Assembly (NCBI RefSeq): GCF_000143415.4
Contig: NW_003314289.1
Span: forward strand, 986,787-1,050,786
Source: Selaginella moellendorffii
Taxonomy: Eukaryota; Plantae; Lycopodiophyta
Length of the DNA stretch: 64,000 bases
Reading direction: 5' to 3'
The notes below the pieces were generated by a model. That model saw only the letters and a program-made list of their open reading frames with translations, was not told the origin of the DNA and searched no databases. Both the position numbers and the translations under genes were made by a program. Shown piece by piece: positions 49,730 through 63,511 of this stretch. The first letter of the stretch is position 1. Each line of letters starts with the position of its first letter.

Positions 49730-51098
49730 ATGTTGCTTATGGCGGTTTGTGGATGCACCACGCCCACCGAGGAGCTCCCAACCAGTCGGCCGCCTCCGCG
49801 ATCGCGAAGGAAGAGCAGCGCCATCACTGCCGCCAGGCTCTCCAATGCCGATCCAGAAATTGCCAGAAAGGTACACTAGATTTTGATCCTTCACGATTTT
49901 GTGTGTAGATTTTCTTTCTCTTTGTTGCTGGATTTCTTACACTTTTCTTTGTCTTTCTTTCACTTAGATCGATTGTTTTTCTAGCTTCTCAGGCTTCTCT
50001 TCGTGCATCGTGAGATCCATGGTTCGTTTTTTTTATTCTCTTGTTTGAGCTTTGGTTTGTTTCTTTGATTCTTTTGTTTTGATTACTGTTTGTTCGTTGT
50101 TGTTCATACTCTTCTAAAAGTTTTCTTTTTTGGTTTTTTCCAGTTGGAAGAACTTAACCAGCTCCGTCGTGATTCCAAGACCCGCACCTTGAACGCGCCA
50201 CTCCAGAAGAAATACGACGACCTCGAGAACAGCCTCAACAAATGCAAAGACGACCTCCGCGACCTTCAGCGAAAGGCAGTCACGGCATCGCCGTCTCAGC
50301 TGCGCAGCAAGTACGAAGCACTCGGCGATGAGCTAAAGAAGTACAAGCAAGATCTGGAAGCTCTCCACAGCGAGACACAGTCGGCGGACTCGGAGAGCTT
50401 GCAGAAGAAGTACGAGGCCTTGCAGTTCGTTCTTCTCAGGTACCGGAAAGACATCGAGGACGAGCTCCAGAAATGCTGGACACAGCTGAAGCTCCTTCAT
50501 CTCGAATCTCAGCTCGCGAGCCCGACTCATGGTAAAACAGAGAAAGGTTCTAGCAGGCCAGAGTCACGAGATCTTCGCAAGTGATGGTGGTGGTGGTAGA
50601 AACAGGCGTAGCTTTTTTTTTTGTCCTCGGGCCGTGAAGGACTCTTTGGTGAAAGTTTTCATCCAGTGACAAGCTTTGACGATGGTGGTGAAGGTGAAGG
50701 CGAAGGCGAAGGCGACGGTGAGAGCGAAGCAGGCGGTGACGAAACCTCGGCGTGTAAAGGAAGTGAGACGGAGAGCGAAGCTGACAAGCTTCGTCTCGTT
50801 CCATTGGCTCTGGAGAGAAATCCTCGACGGCCACGCTGCGCGCTGCTTTGGAAGCCACCACTTCCGGATTCTCGAGATAAGTAAGATCTCTCGTTTTCCC
50901 GATTCGTCGACTCGAAAACTCACTCTTTGTTCTTGCTTTGTTTTGGTTTTTTCTTTGCAGGACCAAGCACTACGACGAACGCAAGCTCTTGGAGCATTTA
51001 ACTTGTCGGAAGCGCCGGCTGGGATACCGAAGCAAGCCGCCCAAGTACTTTCCACAGTGCGAGGTGGAAAACTGTGGAGATTCTTTCTAAGAAGCTAA
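49730..51098 (+). CDS. Uncharacterised coiled-coil protein with a transit-peptide-like N-terminus; 3' exon structure uncertain
   Basis: Exon MLLMAVCGC...ADPEIARK splices in frame to LEELNQLRR...LQKKYDDLENSL..LRSKYEALGDEL..LQKKYEALQ (repeated heptads). Confidence 0.5.
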
Positions 51099-52018
51099 GA
51101 AGAGGAGAGCAAAAAAAAAATTGGAATCGTGCCGCGAGAGAGCTTGGCTGGATCCGTGGAGGAACTCTCGTCGCGGAGCGCGAGAATTCTGGAAGTTAAG
51201 TCTTGGATTTCAAGCTCCATACTAATGAATTCGACAACGTGCAGCACATACACTCAAAGAATCTTGTCGCGTCACCGAATAGAAAAATTCAACACGAAAG
51301 AACTTCCTAGAGCATGGGACGTGATCTTGATTCTATCAGCTGGCCATTACCTGCGCGATGAATTCGTCAACTCCAAACTTTATGGAAGTGTTTGTGAGTC
51401 ATATTTCTTCTAACCTCTATGCATGGTTTTCAGTCTCCACACATGGTTTTGAATGAAATTGCTATTTCTTGACAGTTTTGGTACATATGGTTCTTAAATT
51501 TTTATGCTGTCAATGTTGGAGGTAAAGCGTCCTGCGCGTTCGCGTGAAAGCTTTTCGCAAGACTTGACTTCGCAGTCAGAAATGGAGGCGCCCGCTTTTG
51601 GTTGACTTAGCCCACTAACCATGCTTATGCACCTTTAATTGGCCGGATCGAACCCCGGACCGGGGCGTTTTAGGCCAAAAAGCTGGGCATTATAAGGAAT
51701 AATAAGAAGAATCCCTTGTTTTGCTGGAAGCTCCCCTGCTTTGGACTTTTGAAGCTCCTGGCTATGGAGCTCACAGGCGCGGGTAAGGATTCTTCCCATT
51801 GTCTCCTTCCCTCCAGGTTCTTGTTTTCACCCCTCTTGTCCTGGAATTGATCCAGATTCTTGGTACTGTATGATCAGTCTCCTCATTGAATCTCTGGCAG
51901 TGTCTCTGAGCTCCCTTCAATCTCTCAATCCTTGATAGGCAATTCTTGCAGAGGCATAGCTCTGATCACAAGGAGAAGAAGAATCTAGGAAGAATATAGG
52001 AGGAAGATCATCAAGATC

Positions 52019-53867
52019 ATGGCAACAGTTCCAGCAACTCCAGCCTATGCTCTGGCAGCCACAGTCCCAGAGTGGCTCAACAAGGGAGACAATGCCTGGC
52101 AGCTGACAGCAGCCACACTGGTGGGGATGCAGAGCGTTCCAGGCCTGGTGATCCTCTATGGCTCCATTGTCAAGAAGAAGTGGGCAGTGAATTCAGCCTT
52201 CATGGCACTCTATGCCTTTGCTGCAGTGCTCATCTGCTGGGTGGGCTGGGCTTACAGGATGGCATTTGGTCACAAGCTCCTCCCATTCTGGGGCAAGGCA
52301 GATGTGGCCCTTGGCCAGAAGTACCTCATGCAGCAGGCATCCATCCCTTCCTCTGGTCACTACTACAAGAATGGGACCGTGGAGACTGCAGAGATCACTC
52401 CATTCTACCCAATGGCCACCATGGTCTACTTCCAGTTTGTGTTTGCTGCAATCACTGTCATCCTCATTGCTGGGTCTCTGCTGGGGAGGATGAATTTCAG
52501 GGCCTGGATGATCTTTGTTCCACTGTGGCTCACTTTCTCTTACACTGTGGGGGCCTATAGCTTGTGGGGTGGAGGATTCTTGTTCCACTGGGGGGTGATT
52601 GACTACTCTGGGGGCTATGTCATCCATGTTTCGGCTGGCACTGCTGGTTTTGTTGCTGCCTATTGGGTAAGAACTCCCCCATTCCAAAGAAAACAGAGTC
52701 CTTTTTTATTTGATTTGATGATCTCCTTGTGGTTCTCCTTTGGTTTTGGTGTGTTGTGCTTGATATTCTTTTAGATTTGATGAGCTGGATGTATCATTTC
52801 ATTTTCCAACGTGCTTGCCTGCTCACCTTGATTCAATTATCTATTGCCACTCATGGAAGCCTTGTGAATTGCGTGATATTTGGATCACTCTCTTCCTTTA
52901 CTGGTGGCCATCTTTCCATTTCCACTTTCACACCATTGTGGTGACAATTGCTCTGAAAGAAAGCTCTAAAAAATATCTTTTTCTGCTGTGATCCACAGGT
53001 TGGGCCAAGGCTGACCAAGGACAGGGAGAGATTCCCACCGAACAACATTCTCCTCACACTCACCGGAGCTGGGATGCTATGGCTGGGCTGGAATGGATTC
53101 AATGGCGGCGACCCCTACGCTGCAAACATCGACGCCTCCATCGCCGTGCTCAACACCAACATCTGCGCCGCAACCAGCCTCATCGTCTGGACGATCCTCG
53201 ACGTTACGTTCTTCAACAAGCCGTCGGTCATCGGTGCTGTCCAGGGAATGATCACTGGCCTCGTCTGCATCACTCCAGGAGCTGGTCAGTATAGAAACTC
53301 TCCCAAATCCAAAACTCTACCTCTCACTGATCTTCTTCTTTTTCCTCAGGTGTTGTCCAGTCCTGGGCTGCTATCGTGATGGGCATTTGCTCCGGTTCCA
53401 TCCCCTGGTTCACCATGATGGTCGTTCACAGACGATCCACGCTGCTCCAAAAGGTGGATGATACTCTTGGCGTCTTCCACACGCACACCGTGGCCGGAGT
53501 TCTCGGAGGAGGCCTCACGGGGTTGCTAGCCGAGCCGGTTCTAACTTCATACTTCGTGCCCGTGACTGGTTCTCGGGGTGGCTTCTACGGAGGTGTCGGA
53601 GGTGGCCAGTTTGGACGGCAGATCGCAGGAGCGCTGTTTATCATCGGCTGGAATATCGTGGCCACCACCATCATTCTGCTCGCCATCCGGCTCTTTGTGC
53701 CACTCCGGATGCCGGACGACGAGCTGCAAGTTGGCGATGATGCTGTGCACGGAGAGGAGGCGTATGCGCTGTGGGGAGACGGTGAAAAGTATGAGGCGTC
53801 GAGGCACGGCAACGATGATATTCATCACGATGGTGGAAACGGCCGGAAGGTCACTGTGCAAGTTTAG
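52019..53867 (+). CDS. AMT2: Ammonium transporter, AMT2 family (exons ~52019-52666, 52999-53284, 53350-53867)
   Basis: [78 protein letters not shown]. Confidence 0.95.
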
Positions 53868-54058
53868 GCTCAATGGAGAAGAGAAAAGTCAGAACCAAAC
53901 AGGAACGCATACAGCAGGTGAAATTTTATCTAGATTCTTTTGACAGGAAAAGGAAACAAAAGCAAAAGGCTTACCGTACCTGAACCTGAGCGTCGCAGAT
54001 TGCCTTGATTTCATATAATCAACTTTGGTTGTTTCCGAGAATGAAGAAATCTCTTTTT

Positions 54059-55261
54059 TCACTCAAAATCTGTGTCGGATAAGCCAGGGATGTATTCTAA
54101 GCTCACGTCGAAAACCACCGGTGTGTTCGGAAGAACTCTCGGCCTACCAGCAGCAGCATTCAGCCCCCGCGGGAATGCCAGCTGTGAGAAAAAAAAGTGT
54201 TCCATTCGTCAGCATTTCGTGTGAAAGCTCATGACAAAAAAGAAGTCGAGGCCATTGACTTACAGAGCCGGGAATGTAGAGCCTACGTTTGCCACCAACT
54301 TTCATGGTCGAAATTCCTTCATCCAGCCCCTTCACCACCTACGAAAAGCGTTGCTTTCATCAGATCCGCAAAGAAGGTTCTAAGGGAAAGAACTCGAGAG
54401 CTTACTGATCCGGCTCCAACACGGAAAATGTAAGGCGCTCCTTTTTCCAGCGAGCTGCGAAATACCAAATCAATCAATCATGCTGGAGAAAACAAGCTTG
54501 TACCTGTCAAAGACTTGTCCGGAAGGAATCATGGCGACGTAGTTTGCTGCGACCTGGCACACAAACAAGACTGGAAGAAACTCAGTACACGCACGAGGAA
54601 AAAATCCAACACAGACGAAATAAACCAGAAGGAAATCCGAAAACAAAGAAGAAGAACAAAACCACAGAGGCCACAGACCAAATAGATCAGAAAAAAGAAA
54701 AAAGAAGAAAGGAGGAGAAAGAAAGAAGACCTGGAATCCAATCGGTGGTGATGGGCCATTTCCGAGGACGATGTCCTTGTACTGTAGTCCGGATGGAGTA
54801 GTCACCATTGGAGCCTTCAAGAAAAATCCAATCAATCAATTCTAGAGAGGTGACAGACAGCAAGAGAAAGAAAAAGAAGAAGAAATGTTACCACACATTT
54901 TCGAGCTCCGATTCGCAAGCGTTGTCACAGAGTTGCTTGGGAGCTTCCGTGGGAATGCTCTCGGCTCTGGCAAATCCAGCGAGCGAAAGAAGAGAAAATG
55001 CGGATGAGCCGAGAGAAAATTCCCTCCGGCTGGCGCTGGCGCTGCTACATTTCACAGCGCGATGCCGGAGAGGCGCCGAGAAGCTGGAGAAAGATCGAGG
55101 AATCGATGGGAATGAGAGAAATCCGAGAATGCCCTACCTGGAAGAGCAAGAAGAAGAATCGCAAGACGCTCTAGCCACGAGACCTGGAATGGATGTGGAT
55201 TACGATCGAGATTGGCGCGGCGCTACTTACAGGGATGGGGCATGCAAGGAGACGACGCCAT
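54059..55261 (-). CDS. Thylakoid-lumen FKBP-type PPIase (FKBP16-3-like)
   Basis: Twin-arginine SRREF signal, CDNACESELEN, TTPSGLQYKDI, AANYVAMIPSGQVFDSSLEKG, MKVGGKRRLYIPG, VVFDVSLEYIPGL. Stop at 54059-54061. Confidence 0.9.
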
Positions 55262-55329
55262 CGCCGAGAAGCTCCTCCCAGGGAAATGGATAATGCCCAA
55301 AAGGTGAGAGAATATGCCCCTTTCATGTT

Positions 55330-57158
55330 ATGGCGGGGTTAGGGTTTAAGGAAAGAGGGTTTTTCTCGTCTCTTCGAGCGAATGTAGGTTTGCGCCGATC
55401 GATCCGGCTGGAGATTCGTGTAAGTAGTAGCGTTTTTCCTGGCGCATCGATCGAGCGTTTGTTTTTCTAGGCGAGATATTAGCGCATTGATAGAGAGGAG
55501 AAGGAGATTTCGATGGCTTCCATCCTCCGGAATGAGCTGCTTGTGCTACGGACCGAGAACAAGCTCGAGAAAATGACGGTGATTCAGCTCAGGAGCCTCA
55601 TGAAGTGAGCGAATATTTTTTTCTTCTTCTTTTCCTTCACATCCTTTGTTTTCTTGTTCTTTTTCGTGCGTAGGAAGATGAACGCTTCTACTAAAGGCAC
55701 CAAGCAAGAGCTTCTAGGAAAGATCACAGAGTTTTTAGAGCTTGAGACTCCTGGTAAGTAGCCCCAGACTGTGATTTCCTGACAACTAGTTCTCAACTCT
55801 AGCAGGAGAAACTTCTGAAGTGAGAGCTCTCAAACGGGTCCAAACAACGGAGACTACAGTCGAGAAATCCTCCAAGAAAGTTTCCAGACGAAAGACAACG
55901 ACGACTACCGCTCTCGAAGTAAGCAGCGAGAAATCTGCCAGCCCGTGGACTCTACTCCGGCACAAAAAGCCCAAGCCCGACTGGATTGCTTATGATCCGT
56001 CCACAATGAGGCCTTCGTCCCCGCCAAGCGAGAAGAACTTGGTGAAAGTTATCTCCTGGAACGTCAATGGCTTGCGGGCATGCATGAAGCGCAAAAACGA
56101 GCTGGAAGAAGAAGGCTCGGTACTGGCTCGTCTCGCAAACTCGGAAGATTTCGACGTCCTTTGTCTCCAGGAAACAAAGCTCCAGGTCTGGCTTTTTGGT
56201 TTCAAGGTGGCTGGGCATTTCTTAAGTAAAGCTCTTTGCAGGAAAAAGATGTGGAGGCGATCAAACAGAAGATCTTGGGTGGCTATTCTAATAGTTTCTG
56301 GACTTGCAGCAGTTCAAAGCTTGGCTACTCTGGTTGCGCTCTCATATCACGGGTATTTACTTTTTCTTCCTTCCACTGAGTTTGTGATCCATCATCGCAG
56401 ATCAAGCCTGTGTCTGTGACGTATGGATTGGGAATTTCTCAGCATGATGGCGAGGGCCGCGTCGTCACAGCCGAGTTTGATACATTCTTCCTAGTTTCTG
56501 TCTACGTTCCAAACTCCGGACAACGTTTAGAGAGGCTGGTACGTTTTCTTTCATTTTTCTTTTCGACTTTCCATATTTTCTTTGCATCAGACTTACAGAA
56601 CAACGGAGTGGGATCCTGCATTCAGCACATATTTGCTGGTAAAGCTTTCTAGCCTCTAATAATCTCATACAGTAATCTTTTCTCAGGAGCTCGAGAAGAG
56701 AAAGCCCGTGATTGTCACGGGTGACTTAAACTGCGCGCACGAAGAGATTGACATCTACGATCCAGACGTAAATCGCTTGCTTTAAGTCCTATCAATGCAA
56801 CGCTGGCTTTTGGATCGTAGGGAAACAAAAGGAGCGCTGGATTCACGTGCGAAGAGCGGACCTCCTTCCAAACGAATTTCATAGACAAAGGACTCGTGGA
56901 TACGTTTCGAAAGCAGCATCCACTGGCTGTTGGTTTTACGTACTGGAGCTATCGCAGCAATGCTAGACCACAGAACAAAGGTATGGCTTTTACTTTACAA
57001 ACTTACAAAACAATTGTTTTTTTATGATAGGATGGAGGTTGGACTACTTCCTTGTTTCTCAAGGACTGGTTTCCAATGTCGCGGATTCGTATGTTCTTCC
57101 TCAGCTTGATGGCAGCGACCACTGCCCCATTGGACTTATCATTCAGACCGAGCAGTGA
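55330..57158 (+). CDS. ARP: AP endonuclease, ARP/APE1-type with SAP-like N-terminal domain (start 55330 or 55513)
   Basis: [18 protein letters not shown] (SAP-like), [55 protein letters not shown] at 57156-57158. Confidence 0.9.
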
Positions 57159-57260
57159 AACTTACTTCGCAGGTAAAATCACGTTCGATGTTTACAAGTT
57201 GGAAAATGAATAGGTACCTTGTTTTCTACGATGATCCACTGGGTGTCCGATTTGAATCGT

Positions 57261-59710
57261 CTATTTAAACGAAGCCTCAATCTGCTCTAGAGTGCGACCT
57301 CGAGTCTCCGGAACAAAGAGAGCGACGAAGATAACTGTGGCGAGGCAAATCGATGCGTATAGCCAAAAGCAACCTGCGTGAGAAAGTTTTACATGAGCTC
57401 TGGAGACAGCGCTATGAAACAACGCGTACCATAAGATGTCCAGTTGAGCAGGAAGTTGAAGGTTAGTGTCACGGCCCAGGCGCAAGACCAATTCACTAGC
57501 GTAGCAAGGCTTCCGGCCAGGCCTTTGACACGAGAAGGAAAGATCTGCAAAGCCAGCATTTAGACTTACAGCAAAAGAGAGCTTGGAAACTTCTTACCTC
57601 CGACATTATAACCCAGGGAATGGCACCGAGACCGAATGAAAATGATACCACATAAAACTGGAAGCAAGTTAGAACGCTTTCTTTCTCAAAAAGCTCGTTC
57701 TTTTCTTACCAGAAGGCTACAAAGTGCTAGAACGTTGATGAATGTGTCCATTTCAGGAGATGGATTCTTTATGTTCTGTCGGAAAAAGAAGCAAAGAAAA
57801 TGTTACACGAACATTCGCAAGCCATTGGATCTTTTTAAGCTTACGCGTAGAAAGAATGAGAATCCCACGAGAAAAGCGCTGAGAGCCATGCCTCCCGATG
57901 ATAACTATACATGATTTAGACGCTGTTAGTAGGGAGAAATCATTTTGAGCTCATACCAACAATAACAAACGTCTTCCAGCCTTTTCCATCAATCCTGCTG
58001 AGGTGAGCGTCACGGCTACCTGTTATAAAAACACATTAATACGTGCAATAAGAACAATACAAAAGAATTACTTGTAGCATGGCTAGAAGCAAGGAAGCTG
58101 CGTTTGGTGACTTAAATCCTGCAAGCAAAAAAAATTTGAGTTTTGAGCACAGAAACTTGTATGAGCTTACCGACTGTGCTGAAAATTTCACCAGCGTAAA
58201 GCATGATTCCGTTGATTCCACTAAATTGCTGCAAGGCCATTACGCCTATTCCTGCCTATACGAATACCATATTCATGTTGAGACAAAACGGAAAAAGGAA
58301 GAAATAGCTTACAAGTAGGGGCCGGAAGAGTCGCCATTGAAATAGCTCTGTAACTAGCACGCTGGGCTGCAATCTGGATACCTCCGCAGCGTTCTGACGC
58401 ACTTGATGTTATTGTAACTACAGAGCAGAAACTCACCGTTACCATTACCTGAATCTCAGAAAGCTCCGAGCTTATGTTATAATCTTTTCCTCGTAGTCTC
58501 TGAAGAGCTGTAGCGAGATCTTTGTTACGATCGGCATTTCCCTGGAAAGCAATATTTTGAGGAGAAATTTGAAATCTTTCCCCATACCAGCCAGCGAGGT
58601 GTTTCAGTGATAAAACAAAGCCCGATCAAAAGTAGCGCTCCGGGAATAGTAGCTGTGACACACTCGCAAAAAGTTAGGTGGCTTTTAAAAACGTGAGAAA
58701 TGTTACCAATTAGAGCAAGCATTCTCCACTGAAAAAACAATCCCCCCATATATGCCATCATGATACCAACAGTTACTGCCAGCTGCAAGGACCGAACTTA
58801 AGAAAACAGGAGACAAAACAAAAACACCGAACCTGATGCATGGCACCCAAAGTTCCTCGCATATGTTTGGGAGAAACTTCTGCAATATAAGTTGGAACCT
58901 GCACAAGAACTTTTACTCGGTATGTAGCTGGAACAAAATGAGACTTACAGTAAAGGAGACAATCCCGCCACCAAGTCCTTTCAAAAACCTCCCAATGTAA
59001 AGAAATTGCAAATCCTGGAAATAAGGAAATTCAGCTTTTCTTCTTTCGTTCGTTATTGATTACTTTTGCCATGGCGACCATAATCCATCCTACAAGATTG
59101 GGAATAGCTGCTGCTACTAACGCCTGCAAGCCGTGATAAGGAATCAGCTAAGCAACGCACGAACTTGAATAGAAAACATACTCCTTTACGGCCGAGACTA
59201 TCTGCTATCCTTCCACTTGAAACAGCACCGACCATGCATCCCAAGTTCACGAGAGAACCAAAGAAAGAATACTGAGAAAAAAAATGGAGGTCACCATAAT
59301 CTGTCAAATGAGTGATAGATGTTCTGCACCTGAGATAAGCTTAAATGGAGATCGTGAATTATATCAGCTTGCGTCGGTGAAGTATACCCGAGCTACATAA
59401 ATCGTCAGTAAGATGTGAAAAGCTGAGAACAAGGAAAGAAACTTACAGCAATTCCAAGGGACAAAGTTCCAAGAACAACGACGAGCGTGAACAGTGTTGG
59501 GATAACCGAGCTGGGTGGCTTGATGAAAGCCCTCGATTTGGCTCGCAGTAGAGGCTTTTGGAGGTCACCCTTCAAGCCAGACGAGTTGAGCCTTGAAAGC
59601 GCTCCCGTCTGGATGCTCCTTTCGGAACGCAAAGCCCCATGAGAGAACTGCCTTTGAATCGTTCCGCTGCCTTTTTCATCCGCAAGCATTGGGCCGTCGG
59701 ACGAACCCAT
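57261..59710 (-). CDS. ERD6-like MFS sugar transporter, many small exons
   Basis: [65 protein letters not shown]. Confidence 0.9.
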
Positions 59711-60012
59711 TCCAAACTCGCCAAAAGATTCGAAACGAACAAGAGTTGTGAGAAACCAGCACAATGCAAGGTTGAAGGTTACCTCGTCTATCTTGAAAAG
59801 GAGATCCATATAGATTGGAATCGCGTCAGTAGAGACAAGGCTAAGAACACGCTGCCGTCATCGAGGCGCCGCGTGTGTCTAGACGTGGCACGGACATGCC
59901 TTGGTTGACTATACAATGGCCAGGATTGAGTCAAAGCCTCGTCAACGGTGTGTTTAGTCCACTGGTTGACTAGCTTGAAGAAAAAAACCACCAGAGGGAT
60001 CAAAAGCTAGAG

Positions 60013-61290
60013 TTACGTATGAAACGCAGTGACAAACCGAGACATCTCAGCGAAATCTTTCACAACTTTGATGTCTTCGAAAGGCTTGTCGGACAGGATC
60101 TTTGCGACGGTTTGCGCTTGCTCGCCACCATCGGTCTGCAAGATCAAACGGAGATTCAGCAGGAAAAAGGAGGGAAAAACACAAGGAAGAGACCTCGAGC
60201 GCTAGAAAACCACCGGACTTGAGAGCCCAGCAAGCTCCTTGGCAGATTTCCGCAAGGTGGTCGATTCCATCGACGCCACCATCCAGAGCGCATATTGGCT
60301 CGTGCTTTCCAACCTCGGCTTGCAATCTCCCGAGGTTCCTGGACGGAATGTATGGCGGGTTGCTCACGATCCCGGAGAGCTTTCCAGCTTCGTCGCGCAA
60401 AGGCGTCAACCAGGAGCCCTTGACAAGAGTCACAGCTTCCTGCCAGGCACGAAAGAAATCCGTGAGAACAAAGAAAAAACGTTAAGAACAAGCTCTAGAC
60501 TCAAGCACGAAGAACACAAATAAAAAGATTAAAGAAGAAAGAGAACGTTCTCTGGACTGGAAGAATCTCTTACCTGAAGCTTGTAGCGTCGAGCATTGGC
60601 CTCGGCCACCGCGATCGCGACCTCACTGGCATCCACAGCGATCACCGATCCCCTCCCATCGAGAAGCCGAGCGATTCCAATCGCGATTGCGCCGCTGCCA
60701 GTCCCAAGATCAACCCAAACCCCTCGCGCGAGCTCGGAATTTCCATCCATGGCGGCCGCCGCGAGGTCGATCAGCTGCTTGGTCTCTGGCCTTGGGATCA
60801 GCACTCCCTCCTGGACGCCAAGCACCAGATCCCGCCAATGCGAGCTCCCTGTCACGTACTGGAATGGCCGCCGGCGATCGATCCTCTCCTTCCATCCCTG
60901 TTCTAGCTCCTCCAAGCTCGCGCGAAGAAATATTTCGCCATGGCCGGCTAGGGTATCGTTGCGCTCTTGATCAAGATCATCGCGGTCGCCGCGGCCGCAT
61001 TCTTCCAGCTCCAGCGCGGATTTGAGGCGCCTCCATCCCTGGATCTTCCTCTTCTCCGGCCTGTGGATCACGCAACTCTCCACAGCGTCATCCAGCAGCC
61101 ACTCCAGCTCCGTGAGGAGCTCGCTGGAATCCGGCCCGCCATCGAGCTCCGACAATGCGGTACTGATCGACGACGCCTTGTGCCGGGATTGCGAGCGCCA
61201 GCGCAAGAGCTTGGCGAGCGGCGTGGATTTGGAGGCCGGCCTCTCGCAGATGGGGATCACTAGCTCCACGCTCCCGCGAAGAACAGCCAT
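60013..61290 (-). CDS. HemK/PrmC release-factor glutamine methyltransferase
   Basis: RRPFQYVTG, VLIPRPET, DLGTGSGAIA, VSNPPYI, HEP..ALDGG..G. Stop at 60013-60015. Confidence 0.92.
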
Positions 61291-61376
61291 TTAGAAAATT
61301 TTAGGGTTTTGGTAGGGTTTGTGGGAAGCGAGCGTAGATGCATCGCTCGATTGTCTAGGCGCGCCAGTGGATAGCG
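61291..61376. promoter_or_regulatory. Compact divergent promoter region with telo-box-like TAGGGTTT motifs
   Basis: ttagggtttt and tagggttt lie in the 86 bp between two head-to-head ATGs. Confidence 0.5.
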
Positions 61377-63431
61377 ATGAATCTTTCGCTACTCGGTGAG
61401 TTCTTCTCTTCTGGATTTCTCCTGTGATCGGCGATTCCTTGCAGACCCCTTCCAGAACGATTTCCCAGAAGTGATCGAAGAGTTCCTGGAGCACGGGATC
61501 ACCAAGAGCATTGCCTTCAATCGGCGTGGAACGCTACTGGCAGGCAAGATCTCTTGGTTCTTAGAGAAATCTTTTGCTTCTTACAGACACGCGATAGGAT
61601 AGATAAAAAATTCTCAAGCTTTCGTTCCAACTCTTTATGTTGTTCTTTGCAGCTGGCTGTGCCGATGGCTCCTGCGTGATCTGGGACTTCCACACGCGAG
61701 GCGTGGCCGCCGAGCTTCGTGACAAGAGCTGCTCCTCTCCAGTGACGAGCGTCAGCTGGTCCAAATGCGGCCACCACCTCGTAGCGGCAGCCATGGACAA
61801 ATCACTCTCCTGCTGGGACGTTGCCAAAGGCGTCAAGATCGCTTCCACCACCCTCCATCAAACAGCTCTCCACGCTCGCTTCCATCCGGGGAGGAAGAGG
61901 CCGCTCCTCTGCCTTGCATGCCCGCTCTCCAGCGCTCCACTTCTCATCGATCTCTCGACTGGTGAGAGCTACCAGCTTCCACTCTCGGCGTCACCCAAAA
62001 CTCCGGAAGCCGCCACTGGCCAAGCTGCAAAGGGAAAGGCAGAGGCGAGCTCGTACTCTTTCTCCGGAGCGAGCTTTAACAAGAAGGGCGATCTCATCTT
62101 CGTTGGGAACTCCAAGGGGGAGGTGTTGATCGTGGATACAGAGACACGGCAGGTCCGGAGGACTGTGCAAGTCCCGGGTGGTGCGACTGTCCGACAGATT
62201 GTTTTTAGCCGAAATGGACACTACGTGCTCACGAACTCGTCGGACCGTGTGATCCGGGTTTTCGAGAACTTGCTGCCGAGAGAAAATGCTGCGGCAGCGC
62301 TAGCGGAAGATCCCGAAAAGTGCGACGTCTTGAGCAGTCCCAAGGAGTTCTCGGACGGTGTTTTGAAGGCGGTGTGGAAGACTGCCTGCTTCAGCAACGA
62401 TGCCGAGTTTGTTGTTGCTGCTTCCGGTGCGAAAGGAGAGCACAAGATACAGGTGTGGAACCGGGAGTTCGGTCAGCTGGCAAGGATGCTCGAGTGTCCC
62501 AAGGAAGGCCTCATCGACATAGCTTGGCACCCGACTCGATCTATTCTGGCTTCGGTCTCCATGTCAGGCTTGATATATATCTGGGCGAAAGACTACACGG
62601 AGAACTGGAGCGCGTTTGCTCCAGATTTTCGAGAGCTGGAAGAGAACGAGGAGTACGTCGAAAGGGAGGATGAGTTCGATTTGAATGCTGAGGCTGAGAA
62701 GGTAAGCACTCCTTAGGTTTTTCTATGTGAATCTTGGTGTGACTTACATTGTATTCTTTTTCTTGCTGCAGGCTAAACCAGTGCAAGCTGACAATGATGC
62801 TGATATTGATATTACAACAACGGAGAAAGTGGCTGTTTTCAGTGACTCGGACGAGTCTCAAGATAATCTCTACTTTCTACCGACTGTTCCTCAACCCGAC
62901 AGTCCTGTTCCAGAAGAACCATCGCAAGCTCCAGCCAGCCCACCCAAAGTCCAGGCGAGCCATCCTTCCGAGTCGAACGATTCTCCAGAGTCGGAGGAGC
63001 AAAACCAGATTGAGCTGACGACGATTGTTCAACAGAGCGCATCTCCACCAGGTTGGCTGTTCTTTCAGCTGCGCTAATGTATTTCTAATGCTCACGAGGT
63101 CTGTCTAAACAGAAGAGGAGGTCGGAGCAAATGGTAGAATCAAGAGGAAAAGGAAGCTGTCCGAGAAGGCTGCCGAGTTGCAAGCCGAGATCGGCCGCAA
63201 GTCAAAAACGAAGGGTGTCAAGACCAAGTCGACGAGAAGTGTGAATGGCGGCGAAGAGGATGAGGCACAAGAGGACATACAAGAGGTAAAGAATGCTCTA
63301 CTTCGAAAGCATCTAACATGTGTTCTATCCAGGAGCCTTCCCCATCTCTGGGCTTGAAGAAGCTTAACAAGAGGCCGCAAAGGGTGAAACAGGTTTCCAG
63401 CTTAAGAGAAAACACCGGCGACCCGCCCTGA
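61377..63431 (+). CDS. RBL: RBBP5/Swd1-like WD40 subunit of COMPASS (plant RBL)
   Basis: MNLSLL|DPFQNDFPEVIEEFLEHG...FNRRGTLLA, WD40 repeats, ENWSAFAPDFRELEENEEYVEREDEFD. TGA at 63429-63431. Confidence 0.92.
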
Positions 63432-63511
63432 GAAGAGCAGCATCGCTTGTATTCTACTCCGAGAGAGCTAACATTCTAATTCAGGTACTCGTTTGAAAGA
63501 ATCCGAAGTTC

